From an uncultured Verrucomicrobiae bacterium (GTDB taxonomy: Bacteria; Verrucomicrobiota; Verrucomicrobiia; Limisphaerales; UBA11358): 64,000 bases of DNA. This document shows, piece after piece, positions 10,069 through 20,174 of this stretch. The notes below the pieces were generated by a model. The model searched no databases. It had not been told where the DNA came from and saw nothing but the letters and a program-made list of their open reading frames with translations. The stretch lies in assembly GCA_963755515.1 (NCBI GenBank), contig CAVWKA010000020.1, forward strand, positions 78,902 through 142,901, read 5' to 3'. A program made the translations under genes and the position numbers. Every line of letters starts with the position of its first letter. The stretch's first letter is position 1.

Positions 10069-10573
10069 TCATTGCAAAAAATCCCCTTGCAGTACCCGCA
10101 TCAAATCGTTGACCGCCAGCATCAATTCCCCGCGCCGTTCGGCTCCGGTTTCGTCGGTCAGCTCAATGGGACCGCTCATCGTTTGGGCGTAACGTTTGGT
10201 CAACGCCAGGATCCTCGTTCCGCTCCCCGGATAAGCGCAGCAACTCTTTCACCCTTCCAGCAAGGACCTTGGCGGCGGAAATCTTTCTTAACGCCGTATC
10301 CGCCCCCATTTCACGTGCCTCAACTTTCTTCAACAGCCCGCATTCGAATAAACGGCAGCGTTTGGGCCGGCCTTCGTAAATCTGGCACAGCGTCCCGTCA
10401 AAGCAGGCGCATGGCTGCGCAAAGGCAATCTTGGTTTTGCCCTTTTTGTGAAGGGACAATCCAAGCTTTTCAAGCCGCTTGGCATCGTCGCCCGCGCGTA
10501 ATTCAACGTCCGCGAACAGTGTGCTGTCGCAGCACAGGCCGCAGTTTGGACAGAGTTGGTCCACGCCGTTCAT
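10069..10573 (-). CDS. YkgJ-family cysteine-cluster (CxxCxxCC) protein, frameshift near 10213
   Basis: CPNCGLCC, QPCACF, CQIYEGRPKRCRLFEC; alternative frame gives a plausible end LQGDFLQ*. Confidence 0.75.
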
Positions 10574-13107
10574 CGCCACAAATGTTTCGGATATTTCCGC
10601 TGCAATTCGGATTTGATTTTGGGGTAATGTTCGCGCCAGAAATTCGCCAGGTCCTGCGTTACCTGGATCGGTTTCATTCCCGGTGTCAAAATATGCGCGG
10701 TAACCGGCACGCGCCCCATGGCGATGCGCGGCGTCTGGTTCACGTCGTAAAGCTCCTGAATCCGCAATGAGATGAAAGGCGATTTGCCCGTTTCGTAACT
10801 GACCTTCGGCGTGCGGCCATTCGGCAGCAACAGTCTTTCTGGCGCGTGCTTGTCCAACAATTCGCCTTGCAATTGGGATAACCAGGACATAACGAGTGGT
10901 TTGATCTCCCGTTCCTTGATATCTTTGTAACTTACCGCCCCATGACAAAGTTGTCCGATCACGTGAGCTTTGTCGTCATCGGTAAACGGCGGCAATTGCA
11001 ATTCAGGACAGTTCGTGCAGAGAAAATTCAGGCGGGCGAGCCATTGCTCAACCGAATGGTCCCAATTCGGCAGCGGCAAGTGGCCCGCCAGGATTTCTTC
11101 GGACAATATTCTCGCGGCGGCATCCGCCGGCGCCGGGTCAACGCGCTTCGCCGAAAGAGCCAGGCCCCGAAATTTCAAAAGTTCCGCGGCAACCACGCGC
11201 TTTTGCGTGGAATCAAATTGCACGCGCAATTCGGATTCCAAATCTTCCGGGAATAATTCGCGCAACCAGTCCTGCTCAATCGCGGTCGCCAATGAGAGAA
11301 TGGTGTTTACCTCCTTGTCCCGCCCTTCCACCTCGCGGATCTCGGCGGCAACCAATAAATCCTTTTGTTGCACGACGCTTTCGCGCGCCAGGACACCGCG
11401 CCGGTTGTGGACCAATTCGCACCGCAAAGTTCCCTGGTCCAGGCGGCGGGCGACGCGGTCGGAAAAACCAATAAGAACGCACTTCTGCAATGCCTCGTCT
11501 TTGACCTCGTGCGGCTGGGCGTCGAGGCCCTCGCGTTCGGCGATCCGAAGAAATTGTTCGAGCAACGGCCCCACCTGCCGCGCGGTGACGGCGTGGATGC
11601 CTAGTTTGCGGCAGGCGTCCATGCGAAATTGATTTTTGGCGGCGTAGCTCCATGCGCGCATCAGGATCCAAAAATCCGAGGAGGCTTTTTCGCCGAGCAA
11701 ATCTTCCCTGAGACCGGCGGTGGCCTTGTCCACGTTTCGCAACAGCAGGTCGCGCCCCTGGGTCAGGGCGGCGACCAGGGCGGCCTGATACACGCAACCG
11801 TATTCCCGGGCGGCCAGCAACATCCGCGAATACCGGGGATGGAGCGGAAACGCCAGCATCTTGCGGCCGACCGCGGCGATGGCGCCGTGCTTGTCGAGCG
11901 CGCCGAGGTCATGCAGCAATTCTTCCGCGTGGGTCAGCGAAATTTCATCCGGCTTTTCCAGCCACCGGAACTTCCGCAAATCGGCGATCCCGGCCGCTTT
12001 GAGCGTCAGCACCACCTCCGCCAAATCGAGCCGCCGGATTTCCGGCAGTTCCTGCGGCGGCCGATGCGAATGCTCCTCGCGCGACCATAATCGCATGCAA
12101 ATGCCCGGCGCCGTCCGTCCCGCGCGCCCGGTGCGCTGGTCGGCGGAGGACTGCGAAACGCGCTCGATCATCAGGGTGTTGATGCCGCGGTGGGCATCGT
12201 ATCGCGCGATCCGCGCCAGGCCGGAATCAATCACCAGCCGGACCCCGTCAATCGTCAGCGACGTTTCGGCGACATTTGTCGCAACCACGACCTTGCGCTG
12301 CTCATAACGCGCCACGGCGGCGTCTTGCAACTTCGGCTCCAGTTCACCGTGCAACGGCAGCAGGATAAATCCCTTGGATTCTGAGGTGTGGCGGATGGCC
12401 TCAATCGTCTGTGAAATCTCAAATCCGCCGGGCATGAATACCAGGGCATCCCCTTCACCGCCTGAATTCACATAGCTGGAAAATGCCTCGGCGGCTTGTT
12501 CCCAGATCGGACGCTTATCGTTGTAAGATGGCTGCGCCGTGTACTCGATTTCGACCGGGAATACGCGGCCCTCGGATGAAAGCGTGACGCATGGCTTTAA
12601 GTAATTTTCCAGTTCGCCGGCATTCAGCGTCGCGGACATGACGACGAGATGCAAGTCGGCGCGAAACTGCTCCTGCAGATCGAGCGCGCGGGCCAGGGTG
12701 ATATCGCCGTAGAGATGCCGTTCGTGAAATTCATCAAAAATCAAAACCGAAACGCCGCGCAGTTTAGGGTCTTCAATCATCTGGCGCAGCAGGACGCCTT
12801 CCGTAACGAACCGGATTTTTGTTTTGGCCGACGTGACATTTTCAAACCGGATTTGATAGCCGACTTCCTCGCCCAGCTTGACGCCAAGCTCCTGCGCGAC
12901 ACGCGCGGCCAGCAGGCGGGCCGCCAGGCGGCGCGGCTGCAGGATGGCCACCTGGCCCTCGCCCAGAAAACCGTGCCGCAACAGCATCTGCGGGACCTGC
13001 GTGGACTTTCCCGATCCGGTCGGCGCGGACAAAATCAATCGCCGGTCGGATTTCACGCGCGAAATGATTTCGCCTTCGATTTCGTAAATGGGCAGACGTT
13101 CAGCCAT
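10570..13107 (-). CDS. hrpB: ATP-dependent RNA helicase HrpB
   Basis: APTGSGKST, DEFHER, MSAT, ATNVAETSLTIDG, QRTGRAGR, C-terminal YPKHLW. Confidence 0.93.
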   Translation of the reverse strand: MAERLPIYEIEGEIISRVKSDRRLILSAPTGSGKSTQVPQMLLRHGFLGEGQVAILQPRRLAARLLAARVAQELGVKLGEEVGYQIRFENVTSAKTKIRFVTEGVLLRQMIEDPKLRGVSVLIFDEFHERHLYGDITLARALDLQEQFRADLHLVVMSATLNAGELENYLKPCVTLSSEGRVFPVEIEYTAQPSYNDKRPIWEQAAEAFSSYVNSGGEGDALVFMPGGFEISQTIEAIRHTSESKGFILLPLHGELEPKLQDAAVARYEQRKVVVATNVAETSLTIDGVRLVIDSGLARIARYDAHRGINTLMIERVSQSSADQRTGRAGRTAPGICMRLWSREEHSHRPPQELPEIRRLDLAEVVLTLKAAGIADLRKFRWLEKPDEISLTHAEELLHDLGALDKHGAIAAVGRKMLAFPLHPRYSRMLLAAREYGCVYQAALVAALTQGRDLLLRNVDKATAGLREDLLGEKASSDFWILMRAWSYAAKNQFRMDACRKLGIHAVTARQVGPLLEQFLRIAEREGLDAQPHEVKDEALQKCVLIGFSDRVARRLDQGTLRCELVHNRRGVLARESVVQQKDLLVAAEIREVEGRDKEVNTILSLATAIEQDWLRELFPEDLESELRVQFDSTQKRVVAAELLKFRGLALSAKRVDPAPADAAARILSEEILAGHLPLPNWDHSVEQWLARLNFLCTNCPELQLPPFTDDDKAHVIGQLCHGAVSYKDIKEREIKPLVMSWLSQLQGELLDKHAPERLLLPNGRTPKVSYETGKSPFISLRIQELYDVNQTPRIAMGRVPVTAHILTPGMKPIQVTQDLANFWREHYPKIKSELQRKYPKHLWR

Positions 13108-13206
13108 TGGAGCGGTTATCTTAGCAGCTAAAGAAGATCGGGAAAAATCAAAACGCTTTAATGCCGGCAATTCAATGTCATTTCGGGCGCTTCCGCTCTC
13201 GCTTTG

Positions 13207-13340
13207 CGTCTTGGAGTGCGGTGGCTGGCGGAGAACAGGGCTGACACCGCTTTCGAGATGCGACCCGCTGCCGCACTTCAGAGTTTGCCGAAATTTACAG
13301 GTGCCTTCCCCACTGCGCTTTCATTTCCGGCGCTTCACTC
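13207..13340. repeat. REP-like element (GCGTCTTGGAGTGCGG family)
   Basis: Same motif at ~23503-23546 and inverted at ~57272-57317. Confidence 0.6.
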
Positions 13341-13343
13341 CTC

Positions 13344-13664
13344 TCAGACAAGTTTGATTTTTTCATCATCCAATGTCCCTTGGATGGTTTCAATCAATTC
13401 CCGGATGCATTGCGCGTCGGCTTTCCGATGGCCGTGACTGGATAGTGGGTCCGTGCCGCCGGATGATTCAATTATAATATCCGACCAGAAGATGCCGGTT
13501 TTGATATGGACCGACGCCACCTTGGACAGGCTGATGCTCATTTCATCCTTGCTGAACCACGAGCGTTTACGCCGGATGATCGCCTTGTCCGTGATTTCGA
13601 TGACCGTGGGAAACAGGAAATTCCCGCGTGTCCAGCGGCTGGCCTGAAACGTCTCCGGTGGCAT
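13344..13664 (-). CDS. Bacterial PH-domain protein
   Basis: 106 aa, EMSISLSKVASVHIKTGIFWSDIIIESSGG pattern. Confidence 0.65.
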   Translation of the reverse strand: MPPETFQASRWTRGNFLFPTVIEITDKAIIRRKRSWFSKDEMSISLSKVASVHIKTGIFWSDIIIESSGGTDPLSSHGHRKADAQCIRELIETIQGTLDDEKIKLV

Positions 13665-13711
13665 GAAGGGAATTTAATCCGCAATTCGTTTCAGGCAAGA
13701 GGCAAAATCCA

Positions 13712-14137
13712 TCAAATCCGCTTCTCATCGGCGTCAATAAAGTCCACGAAATTCGTGATGTCCGCCCGGTGGGCCATGCCGGCCTGTTCCTTGCGCATTT
13801 TCAATCGCGCCGCCGCCTCGGCGTCGCCGGGGCGCGGGCGGTTCAACATGTCCTGCCAATGCGCTTCTTTTTCGGCCGCTGTTTTTTTAACGTTGCGGCG
13901 CGCCCAATCGCAGACCTGGCCGTCGGTGAGCGAGTCTTTCACCACGTCAACCATTTGCTCGTGCGTGACGCCCGCATTCTTGAGCCAGAAACCGTCAAAG
14001 CCTGTGCCGAGATTTCCCGTGTAATCGGAATGCAATTTGCCCGCCAGATGCAGGCGGATTTTGTCAACGTAACGCGGCAGATGGTGCCAACCGTCCATCA
14101 TCTCGCGCGGGCTGCGGGGATAGATAATGTCGCTCAT
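13712..14137 (-). CDS. DUF5069-family protein
   Basis: PRSPRE..G..HLPRYVDKIR, FD..WL, terminal DADEKR. Confidence 0.75.
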   Translation of the reverse strand: MSDIIYPRSPREMMDGWHHLPRYVDKIRLHLAGKLHSDYTGNLGTGFDGFWLKNAGVTHEQMVDVVKDSLTDGQVCDWARRNVKKTAAEKEAHWQDMLNRPRPGDAEAAARLKMRKEQAGMAHRADITNFVDFIDADEKRI

Positions 14138-14169
14138 GGCCGGTATAATAGTTCAACCGGTTTTAAATG

Positions 14170-15642
14170 TCACCAGGAGTAGTGTACTGTATAGGTGACG
14201 ACTTTTTCGGCATTCGGTTCCACTTGCGCGCGAAATTCAATCGTCCGCGCGTCGGTCTTGGTGAACGGGTCCGAAAATGAGGTAATGTCCCAATTGTTCC
14301 AGCGATATAAATGCTCGACGACGCGGATTTCCACAGCCTCGGTCTTGTGGTTGCGCAATTTAATTTCGAACGACTCGTCCGCCCGGTGATTGTTTGTGTC
14401 CACGCGAAAATTCGTCCGGCGGCGCTCGCCGACGAGGTCGAAGGCGTTGCCTGTTTTCAGGCGGATGGTTTCATCGGCCGGCGTATGGTCAATTTGGTCT
14501 TCGCCGACAAATTCCAATTGACCGTCGCTGTCGCGGCGATAGAAGCGCACTTTTCCCGCCGGCAACGGCATGCCCAGGTGGTTGGTCTTCGAGTTCACAA
14601 ACTCGCGCGTGACCCAGATTTTCCTGTTTGACTGCGTGCCGTAATCGGGATTTTCCCGGATGGTCTCAGGGTCCCAGTCCTGGTATTGAGACAAGTCCGC
14701 GCCGTCATAGATGTAAATCGTTTTGGATTGGACGCCTTCGGCATGGACAAATTCCACCTGCTTGGTTTCGCGATCGCGAAGCGTCGTCGGCCGGTCAAGC
14801 GTGTAAAGATGGTACTCGTCAAAGGCCTTTTCGGAAACGGGCGGGGTGAACGGCGCCATGCCTCCAACAGACTCGTGCGCAAAAATCGGTCGCGGCGGCT
14901 GAACGCGGTTCACTTCGCCGGCCATCAACTTGATTTTGGCGTTTTCAAATGCCTTTCCGCTTTGATTGTCCAGCGTGACCCAACCAACCAAATCCACCGT
15001 ATCGCCGTTTTCGGGCGAAACCAGATTGTAATCCGCCTGCCAGGAAAACCCGCCGGTGATGTAGCTGATTTCCGCGTCGAACCGGGCGGCATCGTCCGAT
15101 TCAATGAGCCAGTTCAACGTCGGCTTGAGAATGGTGTCGTTGCCCAGGTCGGGGAACAAGGGCTTGCCGGGCAAACCAAACTGTGCCTTGCCGTCCACTT
15201 CGACGATGGCCTGCCCGGCCTCGGATGCCAGGGTCATTTGCTGCTGCTGATATTCGTCACCGAAACTGTCCATGGCCGGATAATGCGGCACATAACCGCT
15301 GCGGATGATTTTGCCCTCGACGATTTTGTCCGGGGAAATTTCAAAACCAATCGTCTTGCCTTCAAAGAGTGACAGCAACAAATCCTGCGAGACGGGGTCG
15401 TTCCGGTAATTCTGCTCGAGGATGTCCACGGCGTGCCGGCCGGAGGGGTCGCGTAGAATCACCGAATCGGGCTCGACATGCGCGGTGGCGTCCGAATAAC
15501 TCACGTCGTTGACGCCGGCCTTCAGATCGAGGGGGACGGTGTCGCGAACGACGGCGAAGTTCTGGTTATAAATGGTGAGAGCCGGCTGGGCGGAGGCCGC
15601 GAGCGAAACGATGGAGAGAAGAAAAACCGAAATCAGTTTCAT
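14170..15642 (-). CDS. Secreted DUF4139-domain protein
   Basis: Signal peptide, LTIYNQNFAVVRD, WQADY, LGMPLPAGKVRFY. Confidence 0.85.
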   Translation of the reverse strand: MKLISVFLLSIVSLAASAQPALTIYNQNFAVVRDTVPLDLKAGVNDVSYSDATAHVEPDSVILRDPSGRHAVDILEQNYRNDPVSQDLLLSLFEGKTIGFEISPDKIVEGKIIRSGYVPHYPAMDSFGDEYQQQQMTLASEAGQAIVEVDGKAQFGLPGKPLFPDLGNDTILKPTLNWLIESDDAARFDAEISYITGGFSWQADYNLVSPENGDTVDLVGWVTLDNQSGKAFENAKIKLMAGEVNRVQPPRPIFAHESVGGMAPFTPPVSEKAFDEYHLYTLDRPTTLRDRETKQVEFVHAEGVQSKTIYIYDGADLSQYQDWDPETIRENPDYGTQSNRKIWVTREFVNSKTNHLGMPLPAGKVRFYRRDSDGQLEFVGEDQIDHTPADETIRLKTGNAFDLVGERRRTNFRVDTNNHRADESFEIKLRNHKTEAVEIRVVEHLYRWNNWDITSFSDPFTKTDARTIEFRAQVEPNAEKVVTYTVHYSW

Positions 15643-15747
15643 AATTTATTTCTATTGATAGTTGGCATGGTATTGGCACCACATTTGGATAGACGGGAAT
15701 TCACGGAAAATACTTCAAAAAAAAATTGAAAAGCGCATTTTTAATGA

Positions 15748-17127
15748 ATGCAGCAATTTGATTTTGACGTGGCAATTGTCGGCGGCGGCAGCGCCGGTTA
15801 TGCGGCGGCGCGGACCGCGGCGGCGGCGCGTCTGAAAACGGCGGTCATCGAGGGCGGCGAAGAAGTCGGCGGCTTGTGCATCTTGCGCGGTTGCATGCCC
15901 ACCAAGGCATTGCTTTACATGGCCGAGGTCGCGCATCTCGTGAAAAATTCCAAACCGTTCGGTATCCACGCCCCAAAGACCTCCTTCAATTTCCAAAAGG
16001 TCATGGTCCGAAAAAACGCCCTGATCAAAGACTTCGCTGACTATCGCGTCCGGCAATTGAACGGCAAAAAATTTCAATTCATCCGCGCCCGGGCAAAATT
16101 TCTCGGCCCGCACACGCTGAAATTGAGCAACGGCAAACGATTGTCGGCCGGGAATTTCGTCATCACCACGGGCTCGGTCGTGGCGCCGTCGCCGCTCTGC
16201 CAACTGAATGATTTGGATTGCCTGGACAGCGACAGCGCGCTGGCATTGAAGAAATTGCCCAAGTCCCTCATCGTCCTCGGCGGCGGCCCGACCGCGTGCG
16301 AGTTTGCGCAATTCCTTTCCCGGTTCGGCGTCAAAATCACCGTGATCCAGCGCAGCCCGCACATTCTCCACGATTTCGACGCGGACGCCGCGGCCGTGGT
16401 GGAGGCCGTCTTCCGGCGCGAAGGCATCAGGCTTTTTACCGGGACAAAATTATTGAACGCCCGGCGAAAGGGAAAAATGAAATCGGTTTCCTTTGAACAC
16501 AAAGGCAAAACCATTTCGGTTTCGGCTGAAGAAATATTATTCGCCTTGGGCAGAATCCCAAACACGGCGTCGCTGAATCTGGAAAATGCCGGCGTCAAAA
16601 CGGAATGGGGGCGGATTCTGACCAATGAATTCATGCAGACGAGCGCGCCGCACATTTTTGCGGCGGGTGACTGCGCCAGCCCGCATGAAATTGTCCACAT
16701 CGCCGTGCAACAAGGGGAAATTGCCGCGCGCAACATCGCCGCGCCAAACTCGGCGCGCGCGGATTACCGCCTGTTGATTTCGACCGTCTTCACCGAGCCG
16801 CAACTCGCCTTTGTCGGGCTGACCGAAAAGGCGGCGGCGGCCCGCGGCGTGAAATTCATTTCCGCCAGCCATCCCTTCGCCGACCACGGCAAATCGCTTA
16901 TTATGAACGCCACCGACGGCTTTGTGAAATTGCTGGCCCACCCCCGGTCAGGCGAAATTCTCGGCGGCGAATGCGCCGGCCCGCTCGGCGGCGAATTGAT
17001 TCACGAAATCGTCACGGCGATGGCCAAACGCATGACCGTGCGCGAACTGGCAGCAATGCCGCATTACCATCCGACACTGGCGGAAATCTGGACCTATCCA
17101 GCGGAGGAATTGGCTGACAAAATCTAA
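15748..17127 (+). CDS. Dihydrolipoyl dehydrogenase-family flavoprotein disulfide reductase
   Basis: GGGSAG, GGLCILRGCMPTK redox pair, HPTLAE. Confidence 0.9.
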   Translation: MQQFDFDVAIVGGGSAGYAAARTAAAARLKTAVIEGGEEVGGLCILRGCMPTKALLYMAEVAHLVKNSKPFGIHAPKTSFNFQKVMVRKNALIKDFADYRVRQLNGKKFQFIRARAKFLGPHTLKLSNGKRLSAGNFVITTGSVVAPSPLCQLNDLDCLDSDSALALKKLPKSLIVLGGGPTACEFAQFLSRFGVKITVIQRSPHILHDFDADAAAVVEAVFRREGIRLFTGTKLLNARRKGKMKSVSFEHKGKTISVSAEEILFALGRIPNTASLNLENAGVKTEWGRILTNEFMQTSAPHIFAAGDCASPHEIVHIAVQQGEIAARNIAAPNSARADYRLLISTVFTEPQLAFVGLTEKAAAARGVKFISASHPFADHGKSLIMNATDGFVKLLAHPRSGEILGGECAGPLGGELIHEIVTAMAKRMTVRELAAMPHYHPTLAEIWTYPAEELADKI

Positions 17128-19113
17128 AACCCGCCGTCGAAATACCACTTGCGTTCCGGGTTGTCCTGTCTTAACGCCAGGTTGAATTGCTTGTTGTCTC
17201 CGCTCTTGAACCGGATTTCGTAAGGCACCCAAACCTGCGGGTAACCGGGCTTGGTATAGGGATCGCCCAACGTGACAATTTCCAAACCGTTCAGCATCTC
17301 TTTATGTTGGTCGTTCAACTCGGCGCTCAGCGGGAACCCGGGCGGACAAAGTGCATCCACGTTTTTCCAGTCTCCTTTGCCCATCGCGCTGAAAAAATCC
17401 TGCGCAGCCTGTTTGGCCTGCGCCGAACGTTCCGGGGTCAAAGCCGGCGAGGTCATTGGGGAGCTTTGCGCTTGGTGATGAACCGTGTTGGCCTTCCGAT
17501 GATTCAGCCAGGCCAGCGGCGTGACTATGATGGCGGCCACAACGGCCACGGCGGCGATACTGATGGCGGTGTTTTTTGTCATAATGGGTGTTCTTGATTT
17601 GTTTTTGATCAATACGGTGAGGAAAAATGCAGCCCCGGCGGCGAGGATGACCATGAACAAACCCAGCAGCAGTTTGCCCTGCCATCCGAAAATCTCGAAA
17701 TCACGACCCTGGACATAGGTGGGACAATCAATCCCTTTTGCGGCGAGCAACGCCAGCGTCGCTTTGTCCCCCGGCGCGATAAATTTGGAAAATTTTCCGT
17801 TGTCTTGCAGACGGATCCAAAGTTGGTCAAAAGTATCGGCCGACTGATGAAAGGCCGGGCCGTAATGAAAACGCATGATGAAATATTGGGCGTCCTGGTG
17901 CGGCGAATTAATGATCTTCTGTGCCTCTGCCGGGGAAAGCTGTTGGATGCTCGCATTCGTGTCGGATATGCCGAGCGCGAAGAACGATGCGGCAATAATC
18001 ATTGCCAGGGCCACCGACCACACGAAAACCGTTTTGATCTTTGCTTCCACGGCGGGGGCAAACGAAATCAAACGGCGGGACCTTCGCCGTTGCCAGTATC
18101 CAAAACGCCATCGCGCCGGTGAGGATCGCGTACATCACGTCCAGCCCGATTTTCATTCCCGCGAGAAAATTTTCCTTTGAGCCGGACAGCATCATCAGCG
18201 GCAACCAGAACAGCACCGGCAACAGCACGAATAAAGTCAAACACCCGAACAGAATCTCCCAGAACCGTGCCGCGGATTCGCGTTGCCGCGGCGATTGTCC
18301 GGCGTCGCCGCCCGTTTTGTAGCCGAGCCAGCCGCCCAGGGAAACGAACGCGCCGACCGGCACGATCACTTTGAGGATGGCCTGGCTAACGGCCCCGGCC
18401 GCCGATGCCAGGAGCCCGCTCTTGGCTGCAGCCGTCCAGGCCGTCGCGGCTTTGGCCGTCGCCGATGCCACCGGCAGCGCCGCCAGCACGCTCATCGTGA
18501 ACGCCTCGCGCGGCGCAGTCCTCGCCAGCGCCCCTCCCACAAATGCAAGAAACTGTTCCTGCAACATTTTCCGCCCGCGCGATAGCCGCTGATGCACTGC
18601 GTTTTCACTCAAATCCAGACTCCGCGCCACGGCGTCAACCGATTGATGCTCACGGTAGAATAAAATCAACGGTTCGCGGTAAATTTTAGGAATTTGTTCC
18701 AGGGATCGCCACAGGAGCGCCTCCTCCTCCCGGCTGATGGTCTCCTCGCGCGGCCATGGTCCGGACGATGTGGGTTCGGAAATTTCCTCCAGGGTCTCGG
18801 CGCGATAGGTTGGTTCGCGCCCCTGTTTGCGCAGCGAATTATTAACGAGGTTGCGGGCAATCGCGCACAGCCAGGCGCGCAATTTCTCCGGCTCATGTAA
18901 CGTGCCGAGTTGTTTCCAAGCAGTGAGAAAAGTGTCCTGGGCTAAATCTTCGCTCTGGCTCAAATTGCCGGCGGTGCTGTAGGCCACCGAGCAAATCAGC
19001 GATTGATAACGCCCAACTATCCGGGCAAAAGCATCCCGGTTTCCGTTCCGGCTCTCATTTACAAGGTCGGCATCTGATTGCTCCGCCGCCGCTGTCATAT
19101 TGGCCGTTATCAT
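17124..19113 (-). CDS. ECF sigma factor fused to multi-TM and extracytoplasmic domains (frameshift near 18097)
   Basis: Sigma regions 2/4 (EDLAQDTFL, WLCAIARN, QRLSRGR); removing 1 nt joins 17908-19113 to 17124-18071. Confidence 0.75.
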
Positions 19114-19400
19114 ACCACCCCATAAGTGGCCCGCCAGCCCCGAATCTGACAGACTTTCTTACGAGTGGCTGAGAAGCAGCCGCATTGCTGATAGACAGAC
19201 AAGCGTCAATCCCACAATCACCATCGAGCCAATAATATCGTGTTTGGCGCGAAGCACGTGATTGCAGGGAGCAATCGGGTTTATTGAATGATAAACCCCG
19301 CTCCGTCTTATCTTGCGTTTTCGCATAATGGTTTATCAGCACAAATCGCGCCAGCCCCCTTTTTGCTGGAAAATTGGGGCCAAGACCCTATGTTCTGCCA

Positions 19401-20174
19401 ATGGCCAATCCGCCACCCCTGATTCTCGTGACTCCCGGCATCGAAAAGCGCGGTGTCGAATTTCATGACATGTCTGTCAGCCTATCGGTCAAGTATGAGC
19501 GTTCCATCACCCAAGCCGGCGGCATTCCCATCACCGTGCCCACCACCACCAACCGCACGTTGCTCGCCGAAATCGTCCGCCGTTCGGATGGGGTGATGCT
19601 CACCGGCGGCGACGATGTGACTCCCGAGCTTTACGAAAACCATTTGCCCGTTGCGATTCGCAAGACCGTCTCATGCACCCCCGACGGTGGTTGCCGCGAT
19701 TTGCGCGAATTGATTTTGATTGACGAAGTTTTTCGGCGGCGGAAACCATTGTTGGCGATTTGCCGCGGGCACCAATTGCTGAATGTGGCATTGGGGGGCG
19801 CGTTGTATGCTGACATCCGGCGTCAACTCCCAGGCGCCCTCAACCACCAGCGCCTGGACATGGCCAACGAAATCGTCCACGAAGTTCCATTGACACCGGG
19901 TTCATTGCTGGCCAAAATCACCGGAAGGCGTATTCTCGGTGTGAACAGCTCGCACCATCAGGCCGTCGTCAAACCGGCGGAGTTGCTGATGGCCACGGCG
20001 TCCACCCGGGACGGAATAATTGAAGCGATGGAACTGAGACCCGAAGCCGCGCGATTGTTGCCGTTTTTATTGAGCGTGCAGTTCCATCCCGAACGGTTGA
20101 CTGACCGGCGCGCGGAACACCGCGCGATCTTTGCACGGTTTGTCGCCGCCTGCGCACGGAAACAAAAGAAATGA
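19401..20174 (+). CDS. Gamma-glutamyl-GABA hydrolase family (peptidase C26)
   Basis: LTGGDD, AICRGHQ, VNSSHHQ, VQFHPE. Confidence 0.9.
   Translation: MANPPPLILVTPGIEKRGVEFHDMSVSLSVKYERSITQAGGIPITVPTTTNRTLLAEIVRRSDGVMLTGGDDVTPELYENHLPVAIRKTVSCTPDGGCRDLRELILIDEVFRRRKPLLAICRGHQLLNVALGGALYADIRRQLPGALNHQRLDMANEIVHEVPLTPGSLLAKITGRRILGVNSSHHQAVVKPAELLMATASTRDGIIEAMELRPEAARLLPFLLSVQFHPERLTDRRAEHRAIFARFVAACARKQKK

Noticed and set aside
15663-15678. Sigma54-like motif TGGCATGGTATTGGCA
   Set aside because: Correct spacing but a weak -12 element and no supporting enhancer
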